Under the pieces are notes generated by a model. It saw only the letters and a list, made by a program, of their open reading frames with translations. It was not told the DNA's origin and ran no database searches. Positions 1 through 12,700 of a stretch of 64,000 nt of DNA are shown here, one piece after another. Position 1 is the stretch's first letter. Every line of letters starts with the position of its first letter. The DNA comes from Perkinsus chesapeaki ATCC PRA-425 (Eukaryota > Protista > Perkinsozoa). The stretch is from assembly GCA_013115145.1 (NCBI GenBank), contig JAAPAO010000024.1, positions 1 through 64,000 on the forward strand. Direction: 5' to 3'. The position numbers and the translations under genes are program-made.

Positions 1-107
1 ACAGTCATAATCATCTCCTTGTACTCCGCGAAGCCGAGCCCCTCTCCTGGGCCTCCAGAAGCCTCAGCCGATGGGTTAGCGGAAGACGAGATGTGAGTCA
101 TTTTCGT

Positions 108-195
108 AGAGAGAACGAAAACAGATACTGGAGAGAACGAAAACAGATACTAGAGAGAACGAAAACAGATACTGGAGAGAACGAAAACAGATACG
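108..195. repeat. 22-bp minisatellite, 4 copies (RGAGAGAACGAAAACAGATACT)
   Basis: Four consecutive near-identical 22-mers read directly. They lie between a GTGAGT donor-like site (93) and an AG (198-199), so they may be intronic. Confidence 0.9.
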
Positions 196-199
196 CAAG

Positions 200-1039
200 G
201 CTGGTCCTACAACAACTTTTGAGTTTGCTGATCGCTCAAAAGTAACTACCTTCATACACACACTAACACTCAACTTCGGTACCAAGACTGCCGATGGATT
301 ACATGTGGGCTTGGTGTCACGTTTCGAGCCAAGCACTTCCCCACATGGTAGGCCGCCGACCATACCATGGGCTTCTCTAGGCCTCAGAAAGACAAGTGTT
401 GAGGCCCCCGAGTACAAGTGCATCCTAGAACAGTTGCTTGCTCAGCCGCCTCCACAACGCCTTATCGAAAGCTATTCATTCTCTATATATACGAAACCAG
501 GAATGCATCCAACTGGCGAAGTTATACTAGGCGGCCAGGATCCGACTAAATATGATGGTCTGCTGGATTATGTTAGAATTGTTGACGATGAAGAGCAATT
601 CGTTCAACTACTGGGTTTAGGGATTGGAAAAAGAGATAAAGATAGAATCAGGGTGAAGGCGATGACAGTCATCGACTCGGGTACCATTAACTTCGTTTTT
701 CCTATAAGCCTGAAGAAAGACATCCTGAAGCTCCTGAGGACGGCTGGCAAGAAAAAAGTCGATATTGAAGAAAAATCTGGGTTCTACACGATGCAGTGCA
801 ACAAGGCGGAGTATCTACCTTCCATAACTTTTTACTTGGCTGGTCTGCAAGGTGAGGAAGTACCACTTACATTACCTGGGGTTAATATGGTTACCGAGGG
901 CGACGGGAATGGCTGTTATGTGAATGTCGAGTTCGACGAAGTCGATGAGTGGTTTATTGGGTCCAGAGCTTTGGTGGGATATTATTACTTTTATGAGTTA
1001 AGCGAATCCAGGATAGGCTTTGCTGTAGCCAGACCATAG
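200..1039 (+). CDS. Pepsin-like (A1) aspartic protease, C-terminal lobe; 5' part not resolved or upstream of the window
   Basis: FSIY..GEVILGGQDPTKYDG, VIDSGT catalytic motif, YTMQC, C-terminal WFIGSRALVGYYYFYELSESRIGFA. The frame is open upstream of the ORF-track start. Confidence 0.8.
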   Translation, partial: AGPTTTFEFADRSKVTTFIHTLTLNFGTKTADGLHVGLVSRFEPSTSPHGRPPTIPWASLGLRKTSVEAPEYKCILEQLLAQPPPQRLIESYSFSIYTKPGMHPTGEVILGGQDPTKYDGLLDYVRIVDDEEQFVQLLGLGIGKRDKDRIRVKAMTVIDSGTINFVFPISLKKDILKLLRTAGKKKVDIEEKSGFYTMQCNKAEYLPSITFYLAGLQGEEVPLTLPGVNMVTEGDGNGCYVNVEFDEVDEWFIGSRALVGYYYFYELSESRIGFAVARP

Positions 1040-1783
1040 AACTTATCATACGACTTTGTTATCGGATATTTCTACTATTTACTTATTTTGTCTAACTAAC
1101 TGCTACCCAGTATGACGAAAGTCCTGGATGAATACCCAATACTGCGTGTCCTTAGTAAACATGGCACGACTGTCCAGATGGACCAGTACAGGATTCTATA
1201 CGCACTCCTTTTGTTTATGGGTGCTACAGTGTAATGTTTCATAGATTGGCGTGGGTGTAAGCCAACTATCATCTACTCTGCGTTCAAATACAGTTTTACT
1301 CTCGCGTTAATACAGTAAGAGGGCATAATACCGCGCCTAGCGCAGCGATACGACTCTGAAGCGGAATGGGGACACAAGTTGTGCTAATGATTTAAGGGAC
1401 GCTGTCGGCTTCCAACGTAGGGCCAATAGCAGGCATAATGGTTGAATAGCTGTGAATGGTTCAAGATTAGAGCCTCGAGCTTTCCAATGTATCCGCTTGC
1501 AAGAATGACTTATCATGTCGTTTGTAATCCCGTCGAAGCCAATCCACTACCACCCCACCAAGTGTGAGCGATCGACATGAAAGGGACTGAGGAAGGGAGC
1601 GGTAACTGCTATATAGAGTTTCGGGAAGTAGATCTAATTTCATCTTGTGATAATGATTAAGGTAGTCTTGTCCCACGCTTCTGAGCAATGTGCTCACCTT
1701 CAATATTTGACACACCATTAGTTGGTAACATGAACTCGACAGGGATTGATAGGGTTTGGTAAGTAATAATAGACAACAGTATT

Positions 1784-3038
1784 TCACGTCAGTTTCGCTC
1801 GTTTCTTATTTTGCAATTGTTTTTTCTCTTTAATAGCATCAGCATAAGCAGGGTTGATCGGCGGTTGCACTGGCGGCAGGGGCTCGCTCGAATCTGAATT
1901 CTCGTCCGTATGTCCCTGGGCACGTCTACCTCCGCCTTACCTGTCGGAGCACTGTAATTCATATCAGCATCGTAACCACTCAAATCACCACATGCCACAA
2001 ATGGCACAAGTCTCTTCTCTATTTGTGTGGCACCTGCATCAGACTTGCTGGTAACATTAGTTCCATAACTCACCACACTCCTCAAGCACCGTCTTGAATT
2101 CATGAGCGCTGTAAAGGCGAGGTGTGTAGCCTTTAGGCAGGCGGAAGTTCTTACCTAAACGGAGTGGGGCTCAGAACTAGAGCAATTGACGATTTGCCAT
2201 TACAGACAATAAAAGACTCTACGCTGCTGTTTCGGCTACTACGGGGCTTGGCCACCCAGACGCATTCAAAGAAAACATACCTGAGGCAAGGTTAACAAGG
2301 TGGTTAATCTGGAGAGAGCCAGTCTTACATTTTCGCGTAAAGCAGATCAACATTCTCTCCCCGAAAGACTTTGGCAACAAAGCTCCCACCAGGTTTGAGG
2401 ATCAAAGTCGTGATGTTTAGAGCTGCTAGAAGTAGTTGGAACTGCACGTATCTTAGAACATGCCACAATAGCTGAGAAGTGCCTGTTAGGTTTGCTTACT
2501 CATCCATATCGTGCATTCCTGTAACGTCAGGGGCGCCATCACAAACCACCAAGTCAGACAGTTGTCCGCCGAAACAGTCCAAAATCTGAGAAGTGTATTC
2601 AAAGGGATGAATTAAATGTTTAATGCAGACCTCCTTCACAGTTTTCTCAGAAGTAATGTCGCCTTGGATACATGTAACGTCGGTAATTGGGGCCATCTCT
2701 TGCAGGTCTACCGACACTATAAGTGGCTTCTTCCTGTCTGAGCCCTTGAGATTCTCACATAACTTCTTGCTCAAAACCTAAAGCGTCGGCTTCCAATAAC
2801 GAAAGCCGCGATATCATACCTGACTCCAACTGCCGGGGGCCGCACACAGGTCGACAACTCTTTCAAGATCATCGGTTAGTATCTGACACGGACCGGTGGT
2901 GCAAAGTGGATTCTAGATAAAAAGTACGTGAAATTGCTCATCCACTTGTAATAGCTTGTATGCGCTTCGTGCTCTATAACCCTCTTCTTTTGCTAATCTG
3001 TAATATATATCTCGTTTGTCCTTCGACAGTCGTCCCAT
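1784..3038 (-). CDS. TRM7: tRNA (cytidine32/guanosine34-2'-O)-methyltransferase, Trm7/FTSJ1 (multi-exon)
   Basis: [99 protein letters not shown]. Confidence 0.93.
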
Positions 3039-3159
3039 TACGGTTAACTACCATCACAGAGGTAGCCTTGGAAACTGCTAAACTCAATAATCGAGTAAGT
3101 GGGTGAGAAAAACAAATCATAGAGTTACACTAATACATGATAAGATGGTTAAGTGATCA

Positions 3160-4532
3160 TCACAGTTTGCTGCTGCTGCTGGCCTGTTGACCAGCTACCT
3201 TAGTCTTCTTCTTGTCACCAAACTTAGCCTTGAAGGCCGCCATGGCAGCTTGGAACCCCTCCGACTTCAAAGCAACCTCGAACGCCTCGTTCTAAAAATG
3301 AATACTGCCGGTGGGAGATGGACGAATAGGCTCATCAAAACCAGCAAGTGCAATGAGATATCAGACATGCGAGTTATGTTGTTGTAGTGGCGCATACCTC
3401 TTTATCCAGAGACCTATGCTGTTTCATTATCTCTAGTAAATTACCATTAACCAATGTCTTAGTGTAGGTATAAGCATCAATATACCTACAACAACAACAG
3501 CTGTGACACACCATCAAGTCAGTATAAACGGATCACTTTCGATGGGCTAACTTGGTCTTAGCAAAGGTAATAACAGTTGGCAAAAGATCCTCATCCTTCT
3601 CAACAATTTGATGGGCCAAACCTGAGCACGATATTGCAGCTAGTAGGGCACAATTATCTAATACCAAGCTGGTAAGCCTTCTCTGCCCCAAAGAACTCTC
3701 CTAAGAATAACAGTTCCTTCGCCCTCTGCATTCCAATGTTGTATGGCAAGAGGAAAGACGAGCCAACCTCAGCAGGAATACCAAGTTCCGCAAATGGGTA
3801 ACTGAAATGAAGCCATAACGGCGCTCATGTTTGGATGTCATACCGAAACTTCGTTGTCTTGGATATAAAAACGAAGTCATGAAGCAACAAAGCAAAGTTG
3901 GTAGCACCACCAATGCACGGTCCGTGAACAGCGCAGATAGACACCTTCTTAAAGGCCAGCAAACGCTGTGTTATACCCTAAAGTAGGGAGGCATACAAGT
4001 TCCAAGTCCATAAAGTAAACCCACCTGTAAAGCGACGTCCATGTCTTTGGCCATACCTTTACCAACGTGCCTGTAGCCAGCTAGTATCTCCGGATCAATG
4101 TCGATATTAAAAAGCGAGGTGAAGTCAGCTCCACCAGAGAAGCCACGGCCTAGTATGATATAACATAGTATACTCCACAGAATTGCCTTACCCCTCCCTG
4201 CCCATATAAGAACTTTAACTTTCGGGTCTCTCTCAGCATGCTCAATACAGAATAACATCTCCCATAACATATTAAATGTAAAAGGGTTTAACTTCTTCGG
4301 GTTGGATAGAAAGCTAATAAACTCTATTACTGCTCAGAGCACCCTCTACACTACTACCAAATACAGACCCCTGTCGCCTCGTCAAGGCACCATTCCACAT
4401 ACTTCAACGTTAACCTATCATAAAGGCAATATCTCCAGACCATCGGAAGCCTCCTTACGGCTCCCCCTGAGGTATCTCTCTGTCCCCTCTATAATAGATC
4501 TTTATTTCCCTCGAACTTGGTGGCACGTCCAT
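3160..4532 (-). CDS. Enoyl-CoA hydratase/isomerase (crotonase family) with C-terminal PTS1 SKL (multi-exon)
   Basis: NPKKLNPF, DPKVKVLIWAGRG, GFSGGADF motifs. The last exon reads ...AFKAKFGDKKKTKVAGQQASSSSKL* (TGA at 3160-3162). Confidence 0.85.
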
Positions 4533-4698
4533 AGCAGCAGTGAACAAGAGTGACAGCTAAAGGCAATAAAATACAGGCTGAAGGTGGTGCCTCAATTTCG
4601 ACTTTGAAGCACTCAAAACTCAGTAGTAAACATCGAGGAGAGAAACGTCAACGTTTGTAGATATTGGTACGTTAAGGTGGTAGCAGCCACCATGAAGC

Positions 4699-6514
4699 TC
4701 AAGTAGACTTAGCCTTCTTAGGGGATGGGGTATCTAAAACTGTAATGTGAACTAGACTGTGACTACTGAGAACTTCTCATAATAGATAACTATTATATAT
4801 CGTTATAACCATCCCCCCTCTTCCCCTTATAACCTTCCGCATTCTCAGTAAACTTCTCCTTCCTTTTAAGGAATGTCTTATGATGGGGAGTGTACAACTT
4901 ATCAAAGTTCTGACTCTCCAGATGGATACGTCCGCGGCCTAATGACAACACCATCATCTCCCCCCACCACAACAACAGCTCTTCTCCTTACGTTGTCCCA
5001 TAGCATCAGTAGTGATATTCTTGGACTTCTTCGGGCGTTCCTTATCCTTATTATACTCAGTCGTGGAGGTCTGTGTCGGTAGTCTGGTAGCGTACCTATC
5101 CATCACCATTACCAGTATCATAGCCTATTATCGCTGCTTACTTCCATTTTTCGTGATCGGCAGCCTTATCCCTATCAGTCTTCAAGTCGAATCTTGGTCC
5201 AAGCTCATTAAGCTCAACGAAGGGTAACTTGGTACCAGTACGTTTGAAGACCATACGGTAGTGTCTAAAGCAATAGTTTTTGATAGAAATACTACCACTT
5301 CTAGTATCGTAGGTAGAATGATGGAAACTATACAGAGTCGGATAGCTTTACCACTGGGTTGGCCCTCCACAGGCTAAGAAAGCTAAGCTCCAGCAACTTT
5401 GCTTCACCCTAACAGCTCCACGATTTCCGATGACCCACCCACTAGACAACTATTGAGATTAGCTGTTAAAACGACGCATTTACGACTGTGAAGGGTTCCC
5501 TTTGTCAATAAGAAGCATGGTTATGCTGCCAGCAAAAACAGTGTGTGTAAATAACCCCTCCTCCTCATCCCTGTGTCGTAGCAGGAATCCTATTAGGTTA
5601 CCTGAAACATATAATATGTGATCCAGCTTCGTCAGGGTCCTCAACAGCAGTGAATACCACTACATGGTCCAGCCCATCCAAGGCCACCGCCTTAGCCTAA
5701 TAAACGTATACAGCACACTATACTGCATACACCTACCTGTGATCCCCTGAAGACATCCAAGAGTAGAGAGCGAGCATGTTGAAGATCTGGCACACTATTG
5801 AAGCCATCACCTTGGAAGATAACCAAAGGCTTGCTGCCTAATCGGGGGGCTTCAGCCTTAAACTGGCTGGCTGGCATCTGAACACTCCAAGCTGCTGCCT
5901 GTTATGTGGTAAGGTACACTTACGTAGTTGGATACATGCATTTCCTCCATGTCGAGGAGTTGATGATCGAAGGTGCGACCAACGGCAAGACGGAAGGGCC
6001 TCTTCTTGGTCCTACAGAGGGATAGGATGGATACAATACGAATTAGATGGCACGTTACTTGGAACCAAATATGAATAAACTGGCATCGTTTTTCTTGGCT
6101 AGGAACTCCAAAGTGCCTATACATATACCAATTGAACTTCATTTGTATCGAGTAAGGTTCAAGCTAGGATACTACCAGGATCCTCAAACGGTTGAACACT
6201 TTCATTCCTTCTAAGATTAACTGCGTTTGGTTTAAGCATATCGTATCTGGCAATACCCCTCAATAGTCCCCTTCAGTAAAGCACCCTACAAGTCCTTTAA
6301 CAGGGCATTCACTTCCTGGCCCGCCTGTGGCCCTCGAAGCAGCATCACTGTCTTATCGTTTTCCTATAAAAGCCATACCCTTCCCTTTATTATAAGTAAT
6401 CCCTACTTGAAGCTTAGATGCTCTTTCGGCTAGGAACCTCCGTCCTTTACCAGTCTTAGCCTTCTTAAACATATCATCTGGTATGGATGATGCTCCTCCG
6501 GTGGCAGTTGACAT
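4699..6514 (-). CDS. RPF2: Ribosome production factor 2 (Brix domain, multi-exon)
   Basis: KAKTGKGRRFLAERASKL, KKRPFRLAVGRTFDHQLLDM, KPLVIFQGDGF..SLLLDVFRG, FVELNELGPRFDL, KNITTDAMGQ, GRIHLESQNFDKL. The last exon is inferred. Confidence 0.9.
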
Positions 6515-6918
6515 TTCCACTACTATACAACTACGAGGCATCACATAGGGGCAGGAATGGCACACGGTAAGCACTGGCATTAACGGGTTGGAGTATCCCA
6601 ACGGTACAGGTGTCTGAAAGGAAGTATTAGAATACTGCTGATAGATTTAAGTTGATGTTCCGGTGAAACAGGTAGTTGGTAAGAATTTTATACAGTATCT
6701 AGGGTAATATGGTGGGCTGCCAAGATGGTGGACCGCGAATAGTCTGCCAGTCTGCCGCACTGTAACAAACACTTTTTGAGGGAAATGAAAGTAATGAACA
6801 TACTTTAACATGGGTATATAGGATGAACCTATATTCAATATAGTATAGTAATGGACTGACCTATTAAACAGCAGAGGAGCCTGCGGCCACCACCAACCGC
6901 CTACCGTGACGAAAGTCC

Positions 6919-6934
6919 GCAACTCGCGCTCGCC
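6919..6934. promoter_or_regulatory. Candidate motif GCAACTCGCGCTCGCC in a head-to-head intergenic region
   Basis: 15/16 identical to 25082-25097; both copies sit between divergently oriented genes. Confidence 0.4.
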
Positions 6935-7139
6935 CGGGTGACGGTTTCATAATTATACGGTCGCCCCCGAATTGGACGTGCGTTTGTATTCTAAAGGTAA
7001 TGGTAGCATTGTAAAATTGTAATTAGGAAAGGAGGAATTGTAGTCTAATTTAATATAACTGTGGGGTAGGGAGGACCGAGGAAGAGGCTTCTAATTTCAT
7101 GGCGCGTGACGAATTGTTGGAAGTTGCGGTCGCCCCGGA

Positions 7140-7788
7140 GTGCGGATTATGATGGATCGTTTGTTGTACTTGGTCTATGTCTTATTCTGGATACGTCCAT
7201 TGGTCGAATCTGCATGTTATATACCAACCTTTGTCGATCCTGATGAATCATTATTAATCATTATTACTATTGGTATGGCTATAGGAGCTGTTATGGGCCT
7301 TTTTATGGGTATAATAACATTGATATTCCACGAATTAGTATCTTGTTTATATAAAGCTGTTGAAGCCTTCAATATTGTTACACATGTTATTGCTTAGATG
7401 TCATCCTCTAATAAGCCTTGTGTTTACCTTTTTACTTTACCTTTTTATATAGCCTTTATTTTTGAACATGACTTCCCATGAACTCCCTCCTAACATGCCC
7501 TTGCCATATATTATATTTTGGCTTAGGCCTGTCCTCACAGCAACCACATATGCTTTTGAAAACCCACAATTTGTATACAGCTTACTATCCACATTAGTTT
7601 GGGGTGAATGCTTGGCTCTAGTAACCCTTGCCAGATTTGTTATCGTGGCTTGCTTTGGTGCCACCACGGGGAGTCTCATTGCCTTTATTACCCTTAAGGT
7701 ACATAGCATAGTACTTGCACTATTGGATGCCGCTGAATCCATCGGTTTTGACACCCGATTGTTACCAAGGATATCAGCTTTTGGTTAG
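7140..7788 (+). CDS. Hypothetical hydrophobic/membrane protein(s)
   Basis: Two hydrophobic ORFs (7140-7397, 7462-7788); no family recognised. Confidence 0.3.
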
Positions 7789-7925
7789 ACGTGTATCGTC
7801 GTCTGTCTAAGAATGACGTATTTGTTATTATATTGGTGCTTGTGTTTAATGGGTGGGTTGTTGTTGATGTGCCTTCAGTTACTGTTTGCCTTTAAAGGTT
7901 AATTCATTCATAGGTCATATTGACG

Positions 7926-9545
7926 ATGTCCACCACGCTTAGTACAAATGATTCTGACACCTCTAGCTCTCAGAATCTCGCCCTTGGAATTGGTATTAAC
8001 GTATTTGGTGCTATGACAACTAACCTTGGTACAGTGTTAATGAAGTTTCATTCAGAGCAACGTAAAGGTATTGGCCCATATCTTCGTATTGGTGTTACTC
8101 TATTTGTTATTGGTACTGTGATGACATTCTTATCCTTCTCATTGGCGCCACAAACCCTATTAGCTGGGATATCAGCTATACAGTTCGTATCGAATTTGGT
8201 GTTTTCTCGTTACTTCCTAGGAGAGCCAGTAACCTTCCGTAACGTTATGGGCACATGCTGGCTGATCGGTGGCATCGCCTTGGTAGTGGTTTCGAGTGCC
8301 AACTCGGACGATTCAGCAAACGTTAATTTCTTCTTCAGTGAATATTACTTCTCGCAGAATCATTTGGTATTTATCTGTAGTATATTTGGTGTTGTATGTT
8401 TCCTTGCTTTGGCCTTCTGGTTCAGAACAGGCGTCCTACCAGTCTGGAAGCACCATTCTAGATCGGAGCGTGTGCTGGTGTTCGAGCTGTCTCTGCCTAG
8501 GAGCCAGACTCCGCTTACTAGGTTCTTCATTCCTACATCCTTCGTAATGCTCTCTGCTATGCTTGGTGCTCAATCGGTTGTCAGCGGTAAAGTTTTATCA
8601 TTAATAATTGCGGAGGCCTTCACGGAGAGTCAGTGGAAGGAACTCTATAAAGGTCGAACGTTCTTGGTGCTGTTTTTGTGGATATTGGCTGCTATCGTTT
8701 GGGTGATACAACTGAATCGATCGTTACGTGTATTCGCTGGAGCGTATATAATACCGCTGACACAAGTATGCTGGACTTCATGGACGATGATATCTGGTGG
8801 TGTTGTCTTTCAAGAATTTGATAAGATGACAAATTGGCAACTACCATTATTTATTATCGGGACTTTGGTGCTGTTTTGGGGGGTATCTTTGTTAGCTCCA
8901 CGACAGAAGCGGCCACCTAAGCATCATATACAACAACAACACCAACAACCTGCAGGGGTATTGGACAGTAGTGCTGCCTATGACTCTGCGGCATCGGCTG
9001 CTATATCACCGACTATATCAGCACTATCGGCGGGGGCAGGCTCGATGGATGGTCCTGTGGTGGATCTGGAAGGTATAGAAGTTGGTATAGAGGAAGACGC
9101 TGCCTCGTCATCAGTTTCGACGCCTAAGAGTGCGGCAGGCGTGACTGTCTTGATGTCAGCTATGTCAGTTGGTGCACTACCGGATGTGGAGGCCATCGAG
9201 CTTACTGGCTTCCACCACTATACGGCGGCGCATTCCTCAGTGGGTCGATCGCCGTCGGGGTCGGAGCTATCTGGTGTTGGTGAGGTGAATAGGACATTTA
9301 CTGGTGTATTTGATGTGGATGATCCGCCTTTTATACGGACGAGGAACTTTATTAAGAGATGGCAAAATGATAGGAGGGAGATAAAGGAGAGTAAGGCAGG
9401 CAGCAGCATGGGCGGCCGGGGGGATGATAGCAACGGGGGCGGCGGCAGCAGTGGGGGGCATTTGGATGCTATCCCAGAAGAAGGAGCTGGTAGTTCTGGC
9501 AATGGTTTAGTAAGAATGTTTAGGTGTAGCAAGGCCACTGGATAG
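7926..9545 (+). CDS. NIPA-like magnesium transporter (DUF803, DMT superfamily), essentially intronless
   Basis: LSFSLAPQTLLAGISAIQFVSNLVFSRYFLGE, IQLNRSLRVF..YIIPLTQV, ISGGVVFQEF; many TM segments; low-complexity C-tail. ATG at 7926. Confidence 0.85.
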   Translation: MSTTLSTNDSDTSSSQNLALGIGINVFGAMTTNLGTVLMKFHSEQRKGIGPYLRIGVTLFVIGTVMTFLSFSLAPQTLLAGISAIQFVSNLVFSRYFLGEPVTFRNVMGTCWLIGGIALVVVSSANSDDSANVNFFFSEYYFSQNHLVFICSIFGVVCFLALAFWFRTGVLPVWKHHSRSERVLVFELSLPRSQTPLTRFFIPTSFVMLSAMLGAQSVVSGKVLSLIIAEAFTESQWKELYKGRTFLVLFLWILAAIVWVIQLNRSLRVFAGAYIIPLTQVCWTSWTMISGGVVFQEFDKMTNWQLPLFIIGTLVLFWGVSLLAPRQKRPPKHHIQQQHQQPAGVLDSSAAYDSAASAAISPTISALSAGAGSMDGPVVDLEGIEVGIEEDAASSSVSTPKSAAGVTVLMSAMSVGALPDVEAIELTGFHHYTAAHSSVGRSPSGSELSGVGEVNRTFTGVFDVDDPPFIRTRNFIKRWQNDRREIKESKAGSSMGGRGDDSNGGGGSSGGHLDAIPEEGAGSSGNGLVRMFRCSKATG

Positions 9546-9760
9546 ATGTTGTATTATTCTATATTATTGAAGATGATAATTCAGCTCCTAGCCGGTCCAT
9601 TGTAGACGGCGGCCCTTTGACAGTGAGTTGTTATTATTGTTGTTATTGCTACTGCCCATCTTGACTAAGTTCATGATTAAGCACGAGATCCATTGTGCCA
9701 GCCATTTGTCGGGTTCATTAATTAATGGCTGCTGTTTGGATGTTTTATTCTGTCAGTTAA

Positions 9761-12700
9761 CGTTTATTAACCCTTTTCAAAATACCTAACTACGCTGATA
9801 TTGAGGCTTCTAGAGGAGGAGGAGTCCTTGTCCAGTCTAATTCAACCACCACCTGGCAGCACCAAACCTCTGGTACTGCTGCTGATGGTGGTGGTAATGC
9901 TAGGCAGCCGCCAGTCGGGCGTTTTGCGGCTTATGACCCATGGAGGGGGAGATTCAGAGATCACAGATTGGGCGACACTGTGGACAAATCTGATGGTCAT
10001 GGCCTGCCCAGATCGGCATTCTCGTCGAGTTCAACGGATCCTTCACAGTTGGTGATAAACCAGATATCTGACCAGTTACAGGAGCTGTTAAAGCACACTG
10101 ATGTTGTTGGCATACATGCCTCTACTGGTTCTGGTAAAACTACTCAAGTACCCCAGATGTTGCTGGACTATGGTCGACGTATGAGAACTACTTATAGAGT
10201 GTTGGTTACTCAACCTAGAAGGGTTGCTACGTTATCGGTGGCTATGAAGGTTCGAGATGAAAGACAGAGGATTAAAGGCGACGAGAAATCGGTTGGTTAT
10301 ATGGTCCATAATATATCATCCTTACCAGCCCATCTCACAACGGTCGATTGTGGCTCTATCCTTTACTGCACTGAGGGTACATTACTGGCTAGAATGGGCC
10401 AACGTGATGGAGCTATGTTCAATGGCATGACGCATCTTATTCTGGATGAAGTGCACGAGAGGAGCGCTGAGTTGGATATCCTTTTGGGTGTGATGAGAGA
10501 GTATCTTTCTAGTGGTATGAAAGGCTTGAAGGTCATCCTTATGTCTGCCTCCGATTCTGTTGCTGATATTCTGGAGTATCTAAGCCCCGGTAGCGTGGCT
10601 CGTGGGAGCCTGCTCACTGTTAATGAGCAACTCTTTGATGTCCAAGAATATTATTTAGAAGAGACGGTGAAGCTGGTGGGATTCGAACCTCCGGCCTGGT
10701 CTGATATGTCCTCGGCTGCCAATGTAGGCGATCGTGTTAGCAATTGGGCGCCATTGGCAGCTACCGAGGAGGATATGGCTGAGGAGGCCCAGAGAGCCGG
10801 TCTGAAAAATTATGATGATGATGCTCTAGTTCAGAAGGCTCTACATTCACCGGCACTGGAGGCAAGTCGAATACCTACGGAACTGATAGAGAGTCTGCTT
10901 ATGTGGATTATTAATGATTGGACTGATAAGATGGAGGCTATGCACGCCAAGGCTGGTAAATCCCACTGTGCGGTACTTATATTTTTACCTGGTATGGGCT
11001 CTATTACCAAGATGATGAAATATCTTATGAAATCTTCACCGTGCGCTGCGACCTTCCGACAGCATTATTTTTTCATACCATTTCACAGAGTGACAGCTGG
11101 TAAGCATGCTGGCCAGCTATTCAGAAGGTTGGATAATAGAGTTCAAGGCCAGAAAATTAAATGTGTGTTGGCCACCAATGTGGCTGAGACAAGTTTGACT
11201 ATACCGGATTTGAGGTATGTTATTGATTGCTGTCGGCAGAAGGTTAAGATGTCAAGGCATCAATTGGAGGTCTGGTGGGCTGGAAGATTCAATTGTCTTC
11301 AACGTAGAGGACGAACTGGCCGTACCTGTAGTGGTATATGCTTTCATTTGGTACCTGAGAAGATGTTCCGTTTTGGTCTACCGGATCAGCTGGAGCCTTG
11401 TATTGCCCGAGAGCCATTGGACAGCATACTACTGCAGAGTTTATGTATATCGCAGGGCAGGTTTATGAGAGGCTTGGACGAGCTACTCAACTTCTATAGC
11501 AGGCTACCGTATGACCCACAACCTAGACGTGTCGTCCTTACAGCCTCGATGCTGAGGGAGGCAGGTGCGTTGGATAGGCAAGGTCTTCTTACTAATAGAG
11601 GAAAGATACTTGCGAGGTTACCTATATCACCAGTGCTGGGCTGTGGGCTACTATGTGCACGCGTGCTGTTCAATACTGGTACCTTTGAGGACGCCGTTGG
11701 ATTCTGGCTGGCTACTACTCTGCTACTTCTAATGGAACGTAGTGATATGTATGCCAGGACCGACATCGATCTAATCGACTCGGAGAGTGGTGACTGGGGA
11801 GATGACTCTGATGATGGTGCGTCAATCGCGACATCCTTGTCAAGGCCTCAGAAGCTGACTCCCAGCGAGATCGCCGCAGAGGTCCATTTCGGCGTTCAGC
11901 CACAGGAAGAACGTAGAGAGTCCCTTCTTAGCGATCATTTCGAGCAGCTGAGGTTCGAGATTGAATGGGAGCAGAAATGGCTTGAAGAGGGTCAACGATC
12001 CGCTCAGGCATTCGCTGGGCGTCGTCGACTGAGACATCAAGCACTCTCTGCGGTGTGGACGGATAGGGACCTTCTACTTGAATGGTTGGATGGCAACGGT
12101 TTGGTGCCCAAGAAGCACTTTGACTGGTTACAAGCCACTAAGAATGTTGTCCTGAAGGATGGTTGGGCTCCTAAAGATCTTGTATTCAATCACATAGTCG
12201 CTCTGGAGATGGTATTGGCTGCAGCTGCTGGGTCAGATTTATGCCAGTGTGATGCCGTTGGAGCCTTCAAGACCGTTGATCCCCCCTATAAGGTCGGTGA
12301 AGTGGGCCAGACAGTAAGACTGAGGCTATCGGAGAGCTCTATCCTTCATCTCTACCCTCAAATCAGCCCCGATGGACTCGGTTATGAGCACCTCCAGATC
12401 TTTACCTATTCAGGAAGGACCGATGGTCTGTGGGACAAGTACGATAGATGCATCGGCCGTATGGATTGTCTTACTCCAATGCTTCCGGCTTCCCTTGTGG
12501 TAGCCTCTACTGGTCGTCTACGTTACTCTCCCGGTGTTGGTCTCTACTTCTCGGATAGAGCCCTTATGGAAGACTGTGAAGGTCTTCAAATATTATGGCG
12601 TGTTAGAGAGGCGTTTGGTGAGGCTATGGATATGGTTGCTGAGCAATGGCTAGACCGTCTGGATAATAGGCGTGATAGTATGGAAGGCCGCAGTGGGTTT

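Noticed and set aside
1080-1780. Short ORFs between the protease and TRM7
   Set aside because: No motif or consistent exon chain could be built.
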